The notes beneath the pieces were generated by a model. The model had not been told where the DNA came from and ran no database searches. It saw only the letters and a list, made by a program, of their open reading frames with translations. From an uncultured Gemmatimonadales bacterium (GTDB lineage Bacteria; Gemmatimonadota; Gemmatimonadetes; Gemmatimonadales; Gemmatimonadaceae): DNA of 64,000 nucleotides. The DNA lies in assembly GCA_963851265.1 (NCBI GenBank), contig CAWKNZ010000007.1, forward strand, positions 256,001 through 320,000, given 5' to 3'. The position numbers and the translations under genes were made by a program. This document shows, piece after piece, positions 18,193 to 27,306 of the stretch. Each line of letters begins with the position of its first letter. Position 1 is the stretch's first letter.

Positions 18193-20062
18193 CGATCGTG
18201 CGGACGCGACACGCCGAGGTGGCGTTCGGGCGCCCCTCGGTGAGCGCGTGACGCCGCCGCCCGTGCCACCCCAGGCGGAAGCTCGTCGCGTGCCCGGGCC
18301 GAGCGTGTACGCGTTCGAGCCCGGTGCGGTGATCGAGGCGACGTGGCCGGCGGGCACGCCCGTCGACGTACTCGAGCGTCACGGCGCGGCGTTCCAGCGC
18401 GAGGCGCACCGGCTGCGCGAGCGGCTGGGCTGGCCGGCATCGTCCGTGGTCGAGCGGGTGAGCGCGGGCGTCGCGGGTCCGCACCTCGCGTCGTTCCTGC
18501 CCGCGCCGCCCGACCAGCTCGACGCGGCGGTGGAAGCCGCCGAGCTCGCGTGGCAGGTCGCGTCGGGAACGCCGGCGCCAGCCGCGGCCGTCGAGGCGCT
18601 CGTCACGGCGGCCGCTCGCGCGCGCGACCCGCGACTGGTCGCCCTGCTCGACGCGGCCGACCGGCGTGGGCTCGTCGCGACCGTGGACGACGACGGCGTG
18701 AGCGTCGGGGCGGGGGCGCGCGGGCGCACGTGGCCGCGCGGCGGGCTCCCCGACCCCGAGCGGGTGGAGTGGGACGCGGTCGGCAACGTGCCGCTCGCGC
18801 TCGTGACGGGCTCCAATGGCAAGACGACGGTGACGCGCCTCGCGGCCGCGATGCTGCGCGCCGCCGGACACACCGTCGGCGCGTGCACGACCGACGGCGT
18901 GCGCGTCGACGCGCCCGACGCGGCAGCTGGCGCGGTGCACGCCGAGTTGGAAGCGGGTGACTGGGCCGGCCCCGGGGGCGCGCGCCGCGTGCTGCGAGAC
19001 GCGCGCGTGACCGCGGCGGTGCTCGAGACGGCGCGCGGCGGCCTGCTGCGGCGCGGCCTCGCGGTGCGCCTCGCGACCGCCGCCGTGGTGACCAACGTCG
19101 CCGCCGACCACCTCGGCGAGTACGGGATCGAGGACGTCGACGGGGTCGCGGAGGTGAAGCTGACGGTCGCGCGCGCGCTCCGCGACGCGCGCGCGACGCT
19201 CGTCGTCTCGGCCGACGATCCGGTGCTCGCGCGGCGCGCGGCTGCGCTCGCGCGCGGCGGACCGTTCGGCGTGTGCTGGACCGCCGCGGGTGCGGCGGGC
19301 GCGGCGCTCGCGGCCGAGCTCGCGGCCGCGCCCGGCACCCGCGCGCGCGCCTGCATCACGCGCGAACGCGACGGCGTCGAGGAGATCGCGTGGTACGACG
19401 GGGCGACGTGGGCGCCGCTCGCGCGCGTGGCGGACGTGCCGCTCGCCGCGGGCGGCGCGGCGCGGCACAACGTCGCCAACGCGCTGAGCGCCGCCGCGCT
19501 GGCCTTCGCGCTAGGCGTTCCCGCGGCCGCCGTGCGGCGCGGCCTCACGACGTTCGGGGCTGGCGCGCGCGACAACCCGGGCCGGCTCGAGCGCTTCGCG
19601 CTCGGAGGCGCGACTGTCGTGGTCGACTACGCGCACAACCCCGACGGGCTCGCCGCACTCCACGCGGCCACGCGCGCGCTCCCCGCCGCGCGCCGGCTGG
19701 TGCTCCTCGGTCAGGCGGGCGACCGCGACGACGCCGCGCTCGACGCGCTCGCGGCCGCCGCGTGGGGCGACGGCGCGGTCGCCCACGTGGTCCTCAAGGA
19801 GCTGCCGACGATGGCGCGCGGGCGGGCACCGGGCGAGGTGCGCGCCCGCTTGCGGTCGGCACTCGCCCGCGCCGGCGCCCCGGCGGCGGCGGTCGACGAC
19901 GCACGGTCCGAGGTCGACGGCGTGCGGACGGCGCTCGCGTGGGCGCGCCCGGGTGACGTGCTGCTCCTTCCGCTTCACGAGGAGCGCGAGCGTGTGGTAC
20001 GCTGGATCGCGCGACTCGCGGCGTCGGGTTGGCGCGCCGGGGATCCGGTTCCCGACGACTGA
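18173..20062 (+). CDS. CphA-related Mur-ligase protein lacking the ATP-grasp domain
   Basis: VTGSNGKTT, TTDGV, GDWAGPGGA, LETARGGLLRRG, TNVAADHLG, NPGRLE, DYAHN, GQAGDR; overlaps cphA end by 20 nt. Confidence 0.85.
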   Translation: MTSPTTNDRADATRRGGVRAPLGERVTPPPVPPQAEARRVPGPSVYAFEPGAVIEATWPAGTPVDVLERHGAAFQREAHRLRERLGWPASSVVERVSAGVAGPHLASFLPAPPDQLDAAVEAAELAWQVASGTPAPAAAVEALVTAAARARDPRLVALLDAADRRGLVATVDDDGVSVGAGARGRTWPRGGLPDPERVEWDAVGNVPLALVTGSNGKTTVTRLAAAMLRAAGHTVGACTTDGVRVDAPDAAAGAVHAELEAGDWAGPGGARRVLRDARVTAAVLETARGGLLRRGLAVRLATAAVVTNVAADHLGEYGIEDVDGVAEVKLTVARALRDARATLVVSADDPVLARRAAALARGGPFGVCWTAAGAAGAALAAELAAAPGTRARACITRERDGVEEIAWYDGATWAPLARVADVPLAAGGAARHNVANALSAAALAFALGVPAAAVRRGLTTFGAGARDNPGRLERFALGGATVVVDYAHNPDGLAALHAATRALPAARRLVLLGQAGDRDDAALDALAAAAWGDGAVAHVVLKELPTMARGRAPGEVRARLRSALARAGAPAAAVDDARSEVDGVRTALAWARPGDVLLLPLHEERERVVRWIARLAASGWRAGDPVPDD

Positions 20063-20121
20063 GGTCATCCAGCGCCCGGCCCACGCCGCGGTCGAACTCG
20101 CCGGCCGCCGTCGCCGGCTCG

Positions 20122-21075
20122 TCAGCGCGACGTGCGAAGCGCCGTCGCGGCAGCCGCGTCGGTCGTCTGGGTTGCCGACGTCGGGGCAGCGGCAGCCGGT
20201 GCGGCGGGCGCGGGCGCGTTCGGCACGGCGGTCGTCGCGTGCGCCGCTGCGGGCGCCTTCGGCCGGAGCACGACGTAGAGCCCGAGTCCGAGGGCGAGCA
20301 GGACGACGAGATTGATGGCGGCGACGACCGCGAACGGGATCGGGGGTTTCGGGTTCGCGGCGGCGAGCGCCGGCCGAGGCGCCGGCGAATCGTCGCGCCG
20401 CGTGGGGGGTGTCTGCCGGGACGTGCGCGGCGCGCGGCGGCGGGCAGCCGAGGCTGGGGCGGAGCGCGCGGCGCCCGCCGGCCTGGCGGCGAACACGCCC
20501 GTCGCGTCCGACGCCGCGCCGGACGGGGCCGGCAGGCCGGGCAGTGGGAAAGCCTCGGCGAACGGCAGGTGCGCCGGTGACGTCTCGAGATTCAACCGCC
20601 CGCCGGAGAGGTACAGACGCGTGAATCCTCCCGACGCTCCGTCGCCGCCGACGGTGAACTCCACGGCCTGCGGCGGGTCCGCGTCGGCGTCCAGGTCGAG
20701 CGTATCGGCCGTGGGCGATTCGGCGGTGATCGCCGTGGCGTCGCGCGGGGCGGTGCCGGACGCGGCGTTCGCGTCGTCGCCGGCGCGCTCGGCCACCCAC
20801 GCCGGAAACGAGTGCAGGCCGCCCAGGTACTCGGTGACGACGGCGTACCCGGTCGGCAGCGTCGCCGTCTCGAGTACGCGCGCCCTTTCGGCGTCGGCCA
20901 GGCGTGTCACGCTGCGGCTCAGCGCGTCGACGAAGGCGGGGCTCGCGTCCTCCACCACGTGGACCATCACCGAGCGCCCGGTCGTGACCTCCTGCGCGTC
21001 GTGCGTGCGGACGCCGTCGGCGCGCGCCACGACCGTGAGCAGGCGATAGCGGCGGTCAAAGTCGTGGCTGGACAT
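20122..21075 (-). CDS. Hypothetical membrane-anchored protein with degenerate kinase N-lobe
   Basis: RYRLLTVVA..THDAQEVTTGRSVMVH..YAVVTEY; Pro/Ala-rich linker; TM FAVVAAINLVVLLALGLGLYVVL. Confidence 0.65.
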   Translation of the reverse strand: MSSHDFDRRYRLLTVVARADGVRTHDAQEVTTGRSVMVHVVEDASPAFVDALSRSVTRLADAERARVLETATLPTGYAVVTEYLGGLHSFPAWVAERAGDDANAASGTAPRDATAITAESPTADTLDLDADADPPQAVEFTVGGDGASGGFTRLYLSGGRLNLETSPAHLPFAEAFPLPGLPAPSGAASDATGVFAARPAGAARSAPASAARRRAPRTSRQTPPTRRDDSPAPRPALAAANPKPPIPFAVVAAINLVVLLALGLGLYVVLRPKAPAAAHATTAVPNAPAPAAPAAAAPTSATQTTDAAAATALRTSR

Positions 21076-21389
21076 GGGCGGCGGGGCGAAAGCCGGAGCA
21101 GCGGGCGAACCGCGGGGTGTATTGTTCACCGGGGGCGGATCGCACGCAACGCGCCGCTCGACGCGCCCGGCTGCCCCCGCCCCGACATGGGAAACGCGAC
21201 GACGTCGTCCCGCCGTCCGCTGTCCGGGCGCGACGTCCCAACGCTGGCCCACGGTTCACACGCGAACCCGGCCGCGATCGAATCGACTGCGGGGTGCGCT
21301 CGGCTCTGACGCTGCACGCGTCTTGCCACTACGCACGGCGTCCACAACGCCCATCTCACCGCGCCCATCCGGCGCAGGAGCGCTCCCCC

Positions 21390-21779
21390 ATGCCCGTCCG
21401 TAGCCGCCTCGGCGGCGTGACTACCGTCCTCGCCCTCTCCGGCCTGGCACTCGCCGCCTGCGGGCGAGGCGACAACCAGGCGGCCGACCGCAACGGCGCC
21501 GACACGACGAGCGCCGACAAGGCCGCGCTCACCGCGGCACCGGTCGGCTCGATGAAGCCGCAGATGGACAGCGGACTCGCCGCGGGCAAGTCGCGCCTCG
21601 ACTCGCTGCACGCGGCCGGCGTGACGACGAAGAACGGCCTCGACAGTGTCGGGAGCAAGGTGCAGGCGACCACCGCCAACGAGCCGGCGCACGACACGTC
21701 GCGGATCAACAACCGCGCGACGCCCGGTGCGGGTCCGGCGGCTCCGGCGGGGACGGCCCCGGGCTCGGGTCGGCCGTAG
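21390..21779 (+). CDS. Small lipoprotein
   Basis: AGGAG upstream; signal peptide ending LALAAC. Confidence 0.75.
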   Translation: MPVRSRLGGVTTVLALSGLALAACGRGDNQAADRNGADTTSADKAALTAAPVGSMKPQMDSGLAAGKSRLDSLHAAGVTTKNGLDSVGSKVQATTANEPAHDTSRINNRATPGAGPAAPAGTAPGSGRP

Positions 21780-21965
21780 CGCGCGCCCCGACCCGGGTGG
21801 AGCCGCCGTGCGCGGCGGCCCGGCCGGGGGGAACGCGTCGCAGGACGCAGGTACGACCCACACAGCGAAGTAGAACGCAGCAGGCGACGGATCGGCCGAT
21901 CCGTCGCCTGTTTTCGCGCCGGTTAACTTCTCGGGCTCGCCACCCGCCGCCCATTTCCGCGTCCC

Positions 21966-23249
21966 ATGCCGTCCGCGCCACCCCCTCGTTTTCGTTTACC
22001 GTCCGCAGCCGCACTCGCCCTCGTCGTCGGACTCACCGCAGGCGTCGCCGTCGCGTGCGCGCGTGAGGCCACGCAGCAGGGTGCCGCGACCGGCACCGCC
22101 CCGGTCGCTACCGCGGGAACCGTCGCCGCAACCGAATCCGGCCCCGCTGCGCGAGGCGATTCGACGGCGCGCACCGGCGTCCCGCTAGGGCGCGACAGCG
22201 CGACCGGTGACGCGAATACGATGGCGACGGCGCCGAGTACCGCGGCCGGGCCGACGCTGCCGATGAAGGGGATCCCGACGCCCAGCCCGGTCGTCGGCGC
22301 GAACAGCGCGGCCGCGCTCGCGGTCGTCCCGGTCGGGCCCAACGGTCCGCAGCTCGCCCCCGGGCGCGGCAAGCAGGACGCCGAGTCGTTCGGCGCGACG
22401 ATCCGCACCGGCACCAAGCAGCTCGCCGTGTGGCCCAAGGCCCCGTCGACGTTGTCCGGCTCGCTCCTGCCCAACAAGCGGATCGTGGCCTTCTACGGCA
22501 ACCCGCACTCGAAGAAGATGGGCGTGCTCGGCGAGTACCCGAGCGATCAGATGCTCGCCATGCTCGACCACGAGGTCGCGCGCTGGAAGGCGGCGGACCC
22601 CAAGACGCCGGTGCAGCCCGCGCTGCATCTGGTCACCGTCGTCGCGCAGGGCGCGCCCGGCGCCGACGGCGGCTGGCGCCGACGCGAGGACTCGGCGCAG
22701 ATCGAGAAGGTGTACCAGTGGGCCAAGAGCCGGAACGGCATCCTGTTCCTCGACATCCAGGCCGGGCACAGCACGCTGCAGGCCGAACTGCCGCGCCTGC
22801 TGCCCTGGCTGGCCCGACCGGACGTGCACCTCGGGATCGACCCCGAGTTCTACATGCACTACGACAAGGAGGGCGTGCGGCCGAGCGCGAAGATCGGCAC
22901 GATGATGGCGTCGGACGTGAACTACGTCGTGCGCACGCTCGACAAGCTCGTCGCCGACAAGGGCATCCCGCCGAAGGTGCTCGTCGTGCACCGCTTCACG
23001 AAGCGCATGGTGCCCGACGCGGAGAACATCCGCCCGACCTCGCGCGTGCAGGTCGTGATGCACATGGACGGCTGGGGCCCGCCGTGGCTCAAGTTCGATT
23101 CGTACCGCGACTATGTGGTGTCGCACCCGGTGCAGTACACCGGCTTCAAGCTGTTCTTCCACAACGACACTAAGAAGGGTGACGCGCTGCTCACGCCGAA
23201 GGAGCTGATCCAGCTGCGCCCGACGCTGTCGTACATCCAGTACCAGTAG
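21966..23249 (+). CDS. Conserved lipoprotein of unknown function, possibly a glycosidase-like barrel
   Basis: Lipobox-like AVAC; low-complexity linker; globular domain IVAFYGNP..FLDIQ..HLGIDPEF..HMDGWG..GFKLFF; strong coding bias. Confidence 0.75.
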   Translation: MPSAPPPRFRLPSAAALALVVGLTAGVAVACAREATQQGAATGTAPVATAGTVAATESGPAARGDSTARTGVPLGRDSATGDANTMATAPSTAAGPTLPMKGIPTPSPVVGANSAAALAVVPVGPNGPQLAPGRGKQDAESFGATIRTGTKQLAVWPKAPSTLSGSLLPNKRIVAFYGNPHSKKMGVLGEYPSDQMLAMLDHEVARWKAADPKTPVQPALHLVTVVAQGAPGADGGWRRREDSAQIEKVYQWAKSRNGILFLDIQAGHSTLQAELPRLLPWLARPDVHLGIDPEFYMHYDKEGVRPSAKIGTMMASDVNYVVRTLDKLVADKGIPPKVLVVHRFTKRMVPDAENIRPTSRVQVVMHMDGWGPPWLKFDSYRDYVVSHPVQYTGFKLFFHNDTKKGDALLTPKELIQLRPTLSYIQYQ

Positions 23250-23340
23250 CGCGGCGCGTGGGCGCGGGCCGGCCGGGCGTGGTCGACGTCACGGCGGCCC
23301 GCGCCGGCGGGGGCGCCGGCGGGCGCGTTAGGTTGCCGGC

Positions 23341-24366
23341 ATGACCGACGCCTCCCAGCTTCCCCGGTTTCCCTATCCGCGCGTCCTCGTCACCGGCGGC
23401 GCGGGGTTCATCGGCTCGGCCCTCATCTGGGCGCTCAACCGGCGCGGCATCGAGCGCATCGTCGTCGCCGACCGACTCGGCACCGACGGCAAGTGGCGGA
23501 ACCTCGCCCCGCTCGCCTTCGAGGACTACCTCGAGGCCGACGACCTGCTCCCGCGCCTAGAACGCCACGCGCTCGGCCGCTTCGACTGCGTGCTGCACAT
23601 GGGGGCGTGCTCCGCGACCACGGAGCCGGACGCCTCGTACCTCGCCCGCAACAACTTCGAGTTCACCAAGCAGCTCGGCGAGTGGGCGTTGGGCCGCGGC
23701 GCGCGGTTCGTCTACGCGTCGAGCGCGGCCACCTACGGCGACGGCGCGCAGGGGATGGACGACGTCGACGACGCGCCCGACGAGCTGCAGCGGCTCCGGC
23801 CCCTCAACGCCTACGGCTACAGCAAGCAGCTCTTCGACCTGTGGGCCGCGCGCCGCGGCGTGCTGGGGCGCATCGTGGGGTGCAAGTTCTTCAACGTCTT
23901 CGGGCCCAACGAGGACCACAAGGGCGAGATGCGCTCGCTCGTCCACAAGGCGTACGGCCAGGTGCGCGAGACGGGAAGCGTGCGGCTTTTCCGGTCCCAC
24001 CGCCCCGACTACCGCGACGGCGAACAGCGGCGCGACTTCCTCTACGTCAAGGACTGCGTCGAGATGACGCTCCACCTCGCCGCGCACCGCGACGCGGGCG
24101 GCGTCTACAACCTCGGCTCGGGCGTCGCGAACACGTGGCTCGACCTCGCGGGCGCCCTCTTCGCCGCGATGGGACGCCCGCCCGCGATCGAATTCGTCGA
24201 CATGCCCGAATCGATCCGCGACAAGTACCAGTACCACACGCGGGCCGACATCGGAAAGCTGCGCGCGACCGGGTACGACGCGCCGGTCACCCCGCTCGCC
24301 GACGCGGTGCGCGACTACGTCGCCGGCTACCTCGCCCACGACCGCCGGCTCGGCGACGACGTGTAG
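23341..24366 (+). CDS. hldD: ADP-L-glycero-D-manno-heptose 6-epimerase
   Basis: VTGGAGFIGS, HMGACSATTE, YASSAATYG, PLNAYGYSK, FNVFGPNEDHKGEMRS, KYQYHTRAD. Confidence 0.95.
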   Translation: MTDASQLPRFPYPRVLVTGGAGFIGSALIWALNRRGIERIVVADRLGTDGKWRNLAPLAFEDYLEADDLLPRLERHALGRFDCVLHMGACSATTEPDASYLARNNFEFTKQLGEWALGRGARFVYASSAATYGDGAQGMDDVDDAPDELQRLRPLNAYGYSKQLFDLWAARRGVLGRIVGCKFFNVFGPNEDHKGEMRSLVHKAYGQVRETGSVRLFRSHRPDYRDGEQRRDFLYVKDCVEMTLHLAAHRDAGGVYNLGSGVANTWLDLAGALFAAMGRPPAIEFVDMPESIRDKYQYHTRADIGKLRATGYDAPVTPLADAVRDYVAGYLAHDRRLGDDV

Positions 24367-24387
24367 CCGCGCGGCCCGACGAACGGC

Positions 24388-25137
24388 CTAACGATCCGGC
24401 GTCGCGTCGAGAACCTCGGCGCGCTCGGCCGAGAGCGTCAGCTCCTCCGTCGCGCCAGCCGCGTGCGCCGCGTGCGCGCGCGACCGCGCGAGCTGCCCGC
24501 GCGCCGCGGCGAGCTTCGCGTCGAGCACGCGCACGCGGTCGTCGGCGCGCGCGACCTCGAACCCCGCGGCGAGCTTCCTCTGGTCGAGCGCCCGGAGTTC
24601 GGTGAGGTGGCGCGCGGCGTCGTTGCGGTCGGCCTCCAGCTGCACGACGTCGGCCGCCTGGGAGGCGACGAGCGCCTCGAGATCGTCACCGCCCGCGGCA
24701 CCGACGATGCGCTGGCCCACGACCGTCACGCCCGCGAGCTGCACCCGCAGCGCGGGGCCGACGCCCGCCGGCACCTCGACCACCACGACCGGCAGTCTCC
24801 GCCCCGCGACCCGCGCGCGCGACATCGACGCGGCGCCCGCGGCCGTTCCGGACTCGACGGCGCGCGTGATCCGCAGCTCCGCCGCGGCCGAACGCGGCGC
24901 AGCGGCGCGCGTGCCGGGCGCCGAACTCGTTAGGCGAAGGTCCATCGCCCACGCGCAAAACCCGGCGGCGGCGCGCGCCGAATCGCTCGCCTCCGTCTCG
25001 GTCACCGTGACGAACACCGCGCCCGCGGGCGCACCCGAGCCCGGCGCGCACGGCGCGGCGTCGCGCGCGGCCAGCGCCGGGACCGTGTCGCGCCGACCGA
25101 CGGCCGCGGCGAGAAGCAGGGAAGCCGCAATCCACAT
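24388..25137 (-). CDS. Exported hypothetical protein, possibly Hcp-like fold with coiled-coil insertion
   Basis: Signal-like N-terminus; ELRITRAV, GRRLPVVVVEV, LRVQLAGVTV, TEELTLSAERAEV; TAGCTT 7 nt before ATG. Confidence 0.55.
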   Translation of the reverse strand: MWIAASLLLAAAVGRRDTVPALAARDAAPCAPGSGAPAGAVFVTVTETEASDSARAAAGFCAWAMDLRLTSSAPGTRAAAPRSAAAELRITRAVESGTAAGAASMSRARVAGRRLPVVVVEVPAGVGPALRVQLAGVTVVGQRIVGAAGGDDLEALVASQAADVVQLEADRNDAARHLTELRALDQRKLAAGFEVARADDRVRVLDAKLAAARGQLARSRAHAAHAAGATEELTLSAERAEVLDATPDR

Positions 25138-25177
25138 GACGCGTAAGCTACGCCGCCCTCGTCCGGCCGGCCCGGCC

Positions 25178-26197
25178 CTACTCCGCGCCCCGTCGCCAGC
25201 CTTCGATCAGCTGCCGCGAGATCGACATTCGGGACGGGATCGACACGCTCGAGTCGGCGAGCGCGGCGTCGAGTTCCGCGCGCGTGAACCACCGGGCGTC
25301 GCGCAGCTCGGTGCCGTCCACGCGCACCGCGCGGTCGCGCGCCCGTGCCGTGAACCCGAGCATGAGCGACTGCGGAAACGGCCAGGGCTGCGACGACACG
25401 TAGCGGACGTCGTCCACGCGCACGCCGGCCTCCTCGTACATCTCGCGCCGAACCGTGTCCTCAAGCGACTCGCCGGGCTCGACGAATCCCGCGAGGGTCG
25501 AGTACATCGCCGCCGGCCAGCTCGGCTGGTTGGCGAGTAGGCACGCCTCGTCGGCCGCGCCGGCGCCCTCCGGACGGTGCGTGATGAGCACGATGACCGC
25601 CGGGTCGGTGCGCGGAAAGTGGCGCGCCGTGCAGTTGGGGCACGCGCGCACGTGCCCGGCCTCCTCGACCGCGGTGGCCGAGCCGCACACGCCGCAGAAG
25701 CGGTGCCGGCCGTGCCACCAGATCATCGCTCGCGCGTAGGCGAGGAGCGCTCCGTCGTCCGCGGGCACCGCGAGTGCGGCAGGCCGCAACTCGCTCCACG
25801 CCGCACCGTCGCCGGCGCGGGCGAGCACGGCGTCGCCGTCGCTCGTCGGCACGTCGACCGCGATGTACGTCCGCCCTTCGCGCACTCCGAGGAGCACGGT
25901 CGTCCACGCGCCCGCGTCGCCGATCGCGTCGGCGAGCGGTCCGAACTCGGCTTCGGCGAGGGTGCGTGCGCGCGACCCGCCACCCGACGCGTCGGTCCCC
26001 GTCGGCGCCGTGACGAGTACCCGCCCTTCGCAGACGGGGACGACGCGCGCCGCGGGATCGGCGAACGCGGCCGCCACCCAGGCGGCGTCCGTGCGGCGTT
26101 CGGCGACGCGGTCGAGCGGAACGCCGCTCAGCGGATTGGGCGCGCGTTCGGCGCCGGCGGTGGTCGCGGGCGACGTGGTGGACGCGAAGGTCGACAT
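25178..26197 (-). CDS. nudC: NAD(H) pyrophosphatase
   Basis: WHGRHRFCGVCG and CPNC zinc site, FPRTDPAVI, Nudix box GFVEPGESLEDTVRREMYEEAG, SQPWPFPQS. Confidence 0.95.
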   Translation of the reverse strand: MSTFASTTSPATTAGAERAPNPLSGVPLDRVAERRTDAAWVAAAFADPAARVVPVCEGRVLVTAPTGTDASGGGSRARTLAEAEFGPLADAIGDAGAWTTVLLGVREGRTYIAVDVPTSDGDAVLARAGDGAAWSELRPAALAVPADDGALLAYARAMIWWHGRHRFCGVCGSATAVEEAGHVRACPNCTARHFPRTDPAVIVLITHRPEGAGAADEACLLANQPSWPAAMYSTLAGFVEPGESLEDTVRREMYEEAGVRVDDVRYVSSQPWPFPQSLMLGFTARARDRAVRVDGTELRDARWFTRAELDAALADSSVSIPSRMSISRQLIEGWRRGAE

Positions 26198-26323
26198 GCG
26201 GCGAGCTGGGAGACAGGCGAGGGGGCGCGTGGTGCGCTGCTCAACGTAGCCGTCGCGGTCGCGCGATCGGCCGCGCGGTAGGGACCACGAGGCCAGGCCC
26301 GCGGATCGCGCTCCCGAACTGCG

Positions 26324-27304
26324 CTACGCCCGCGGCAACGTCACCCGCAGCGCCCCGTTCACGTCGCCAACCGCCGCACCCTGCGCCTCGAGCAGCCGCC
26401 GCGCGAGCAGCGCGTCCGTGCCGCCCGAGGCCGGTGCGAGCGATGCCCACACCGCGCGCGCATCGCTGGCCGTCGTCAGCGTCAGTTCCGCACCGCTCTC
26501 GAGGGCGGTCGCCGCATCGCCCAGCAGCAACGCGAGTCCCGCCGTCAGCCGCGTTCGGTCGCCGACGGCGCGCGGGATGGCCGGCTCGAGCACCGCCCGC
26601 ACGCGCGCGCCGCGCACCCGCGCCTGCGCCTCGACCGCCGGCAGGACGGCGCGCACGACCTCGTCCATGCTCACCCACTCCCGGCGCGTCTCGAAGGCGC
26701 CACGGTCGACGTCGGCCAGTGCGCGCAGCCGGCGCATGGCCTCGGTCGCGCGGTCCGCCGCGTCGCGCGCATCGGCGAGCAATTCTTCTTGGTTCGGCGT
26801 CAGCTCACCGAACTGCGCGTCGAGCAGGATGTGCAGCGGAAGCCGCACGTCGTCGAGGCGCCGCGCGGCGAGCTCGCTAACCGCGGCCAACAGCGTGGCC
26901 TGCTCGATGAGCCGCGCCGCCATCGTGTTGGCCGCCTGCGCGCGTTCGGCCTCGCTCGCCGAGAGCGCCGTCCCGAGCCGGTCGACCGTTGCCTCGATTC
27001 GGTCGAGCTCGTCGACCGTACGCCCGGTCGCGGGCTCGCTCCGGGCTCCCGAAGCCGCGCGGCCCGCGAGGCGCTCGATGCGGGTTGCCAGGTAGCGCGT
27101 GTTGCGCCACGTCACGGCCACCGAGAGCACCGAGAGCGCGCCGGCGCCCCACACGAGTGTGAACGGGGCCTGCCGGTCGATCTCGCCGTAGTACGACAGC
27201 GCCACGACCAGCACGACCGCGAGGAGCGACGGGAGCAGCGCGAGGAAGAGCCGCTGCCCGACACGCAGCGTCGGGCGGGCGGCAAGCGACGACCGCGACC
27301 GCAC
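26324..27304 (-). CDS. Membrane histidine-kinase-like protein with degenerate catalytic motifs
   Basis: Two TMs; VSELAARRLDDVRLPLHILL..GELTPNQEELL resembles HisKA without His; no N or G boxes; last gene of kdp run. Confidence 0.7.
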   Translation of the reverse strand: MRSRSSLAARPTLRVGQRLFLALLPSLLAVVLVVALSYYGEIDRQAPFTLVWGAGALSVLSVAVTWRNTRYLATRIERLAGRAASGARSEPATGRTVDELDRIEATVDRLGTALSASEAERAQAANTMAARLIEQATLLAAVSELAARRLDDVRLPLHILLDAQFGELTPNQEELLADARDAADRATEAMRRLRALADVDRGAFETRREWVSMDEVVRAVLPAVEAQARVRGARVRAVLEPAIPRAVGDRTRLTAGLALLLGDAATALESGAELTLTTASDARAVWASLAPASGGTDALLARRLLEAQGAAVGDVNGALRVTLPRA

Positions 27305-27306
27305 GC

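Noticed and set aside
24388..25137. Type VI secretion or prophage locus
   Set aside because: No sheath, VgrG, baseplate or capsid genes; the neighbours are hldD and nudC.
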